Assembly (NCBI GenBank): GCA_965644295.1
Contig: CBFFRP010000113.1
Span: 38,785-102,784, forward strand
Direction: 5' to 3'
Source of the DNA: Paraphysomonas bandaiensis
Taxonomy: Eukaryota; Protista; Chrysophyceae
Length of the DNA stretch: 64,000 bases
Shown here: positions 61,683 through 64,000 of the stretch, piece after piece
Position numbering within the stretch: the stretch's first letter is position 1
How the letters are laid out: the number at the start of each line of letters is the position of its first letter
The notes under the pieces: generated by a model
Database searches by the model: none
What the model was told of the DNA's origin: nothing
What the model saw: only the letters and a program-made list of their open reading frames with translations
Program-made: the position numbers and the translations under genes

Positions 61683-63842
61683 TCACAGACCCCCCTCACG
61701 TACATACGACACGAACATAGACATGTGCCAGTCAATTATCAGCCAATTACCTTCTGCCGTTTGCTCCATTGCATTCCGTTTACGCTTATTCCTCTGGCGG
61801 CCCTTCATGTAATCGTAAAATGTCGTATATGACATTTCTCCGATGTGCATATCATCGAGAAGAGCGGGATTCGCAGCCGCGAATATACTCATACAAAAAG
61901 GTATAAAAGCTTTGCTGAATAACGCATCTCGTTGTCGTGGTAGTAGTTTATTAATGTCCTCTGCTGCTCTGATCTCGTTCCTCTCTATGGCTTTGGAGAC
62001 TAGGGCGTTCATAATACAAGAAAATTTACTCCAATTTACCCGGCCAGTTCTAGATAAATCGAAGCCTTTGATTCTTCTGTAGGGCAAGATATGTCTATGA
62101 GGCTCTCCCCCCCACCATAGATCCCACAACATTTTGACGTGACCTTTCAAAACGAAAGCCCTCTGGAAATAAATGATGGTGCCCTCCCCAAAAGTGCAAT
62201 GCAGCGTTCTCTCGTGAGGTGGATTGCTCTTCTTGTGTAGGAATTCGCTCTGCATTCTGTGATGTGCATCTTGTTCTAATTTCTGCTAAAATTATCACGT
62301 AAACTGTCGAGGTAGGTACTAGTTACAGGCACCGCGCCATTAACCGTAAAATTATCTAGCATTTTCTGACGTAATGAATCCGGTAAAGTAGTATTCATTT
62401 CTTTCATATCACTAGACAAGCTCCCAACAGTTTTTTCCAACGACGAAAAGCGATTAGCTAGATTCACATAGGGTGGAACACCAGTTGCATTCATTCTTGA
62501 CACATCATTATGAAACACACCAGTTAATACCTTCGGTCGAAGACGTTGTAGAATACCACTTGTCCAAACCCTTTGAAGAAACAAAGGATGATTTGGTGAA
62601 AGAGTTTCTAATAGCCAGTCATGATGGTATGCCAGCGAAGCAAGTAGATATGGCAAAGCCACTCTGAAATTCTCAGGATAGAATGAGGAGAAGCCAGGTA
62701 GAATATCTTCCCATTCTTCTACTGATAGAACCGGACCATTAGTGTCATCGAAATGAGGTGGAAGGATAGCAAAGTCAGGATCACTGCTTGATATACCTGT
62801 AGCTGCCCTGCCAACAAATTGATCTCCACCTGCTCCTTCAAATATGTATCGACTCCGAACGGGTCCTAAACTACTCCATCCAGCTCGCAACCATATATTA
62901 ATGGCATTGGGGCCACCAGGACAATTAACTAAGGCCGTTGCCACACCTTTCCTAAATGAGTGCGTCCCTATTTCGGCAATCATTATGCCTAGAGATAAAA
63001 TGGCTTCTGCAAAAGTTTTAAGAACTTTAGATAGCCATTTCTCTAGAGAACTTCTTGGGTTCCCAAAGAGTCGCCTATCAGAGTCTTCACTGTGATAGCC
63101 TTGAGTAAATACCCATACTGATAATGCCAAAATGGGACATACGCAAAATGAATTTGCGTATATATGACGCGGGAATTCATTTCTTCTTGGTCATTCTTCT
63201 GTTTGCCAATATTAATGGTCATTGCATCCTCCTCCCAAGATATGTGATCGTACATTATATGTGCAACAGTTGCAGATCTTGCAATCAAATTCTAGCATAG
63301 CAATAAATAGGACAAACAAAATGTATAAAGCCCAAAGTCATGATCTTGTTTAGCAGCTTTCTCTGCAAGAAATATGTACCCTTTCATGGTCATTGCAGCC
63401 TTGCCTTCTCGTGAAGGTAGCAAGCCACGCTGCTTTAGGTCAGCAACCTTCCTATTGAATCCCTCGAGAGTTTCTTTAAACATACTCTCTATTTCCGGTG
63501 AAGGGTTCATTCTCTTCTCCGTGTACATATTTTTAAGAGCACTTCGATGTCCATTAACGTGTGTAAACGAGTAATACTGTGGAGGGTCATAGTACAGACC
63601 AGTTCGACTATCGATTTTAAAAAGCACATGAGCCATGTACTTTTCCATTACAACGTCAGGTATTGGAAGAATTGGTAATTTATCACTTATTATCGTTGTC
63701 TCTTTCCACGCAAGCAGGGTAATTCTCATCAAGCCAATGCGAAAATGCCATACTGCCTGCGGGTACTATCCGTTAACCGCATCTGCTTGGTTTGCAGTGC
63801 AATCTCATCTCTGAACTCACTTTTCTCCCTAATAATATCCAT
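61683..63842 (-). mobile_element. Degraded Crypton tyrosine-recombinase transposon ORF with GCR1_C-like tail
   Basis: Broken frames give STRRQY..WL, GHRSALK, EGKAAM, C(W>stop)NLIARS, KQKNDQ, GTHSFRKG, LRAGW..RYIFEG.GDQFVGR, FAILPPHF, then LWDLWWGG...PYR. At least one stop and several frameshifts. Confidence 0.85.
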
Positions 63843-64000
63843 TGTTTTTTGTTTATTCTAAGTGCTTTGTTCTTGCAGTGTATGGACATTAGTGTGATAT
63901 CGCTTGAATGGCGATAGTGGCCAAACTGTTGACTAATGACCATTTTCAGATGATTAAGATCGTTGTAAGAGAAGTTTAAGTTAGTCAAACTAGATAGATT

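Noticed and set aside
1-64000. tRNA or rRNA genes
   Set aside because: No cloverleaf/T-loop or rRNA signature was noticed by eye; tRNAscan-SE/Infernal could not be run.

Overview
Eukaryotic, gene-dense, AT-rich nuclear DNA with many ~50-nt GT-AG introns. It is probably from a flagellated protist (stramenopile-like is an inference from gene and transposon types, not proven). About 19 protein genes are visible, including delta-tubulin, SPAG16/PF20, a MaoC dehydratase, an RDH-like SDR, a lipoate-protein ligase, a PHD/PWWP chromatin protein with large tandem repeats, a THEM6-like thioesterase, a PH-DEP protein, CAMKK-like and AMPK-family kinases, a TBL-like esterase and TOP3B. Mobile DNA is varied: one intact, very young Ty1/copia LTR retrotransposon (682-6440), several hAT remnants and MITEs, a pogo/Tc1-like remnant, a CCC-ended MITE with a 4-bp TSD, and a degraded Crypton tyrosine-recombinase element. 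The most unusual item is the copia element: its LTRs look identical, its termini are non-canonical (TA...TT), and gag and pol are split in a +1 frame, which implies a programmed frameshift or a host-sized intron. Also notable are purine-pyrimidine (TATG/GTAC) tracts at most promoters and a 1-kb duplication with a near-identical core and diverged edge. Exon boundaries were read by eye and are approximate.
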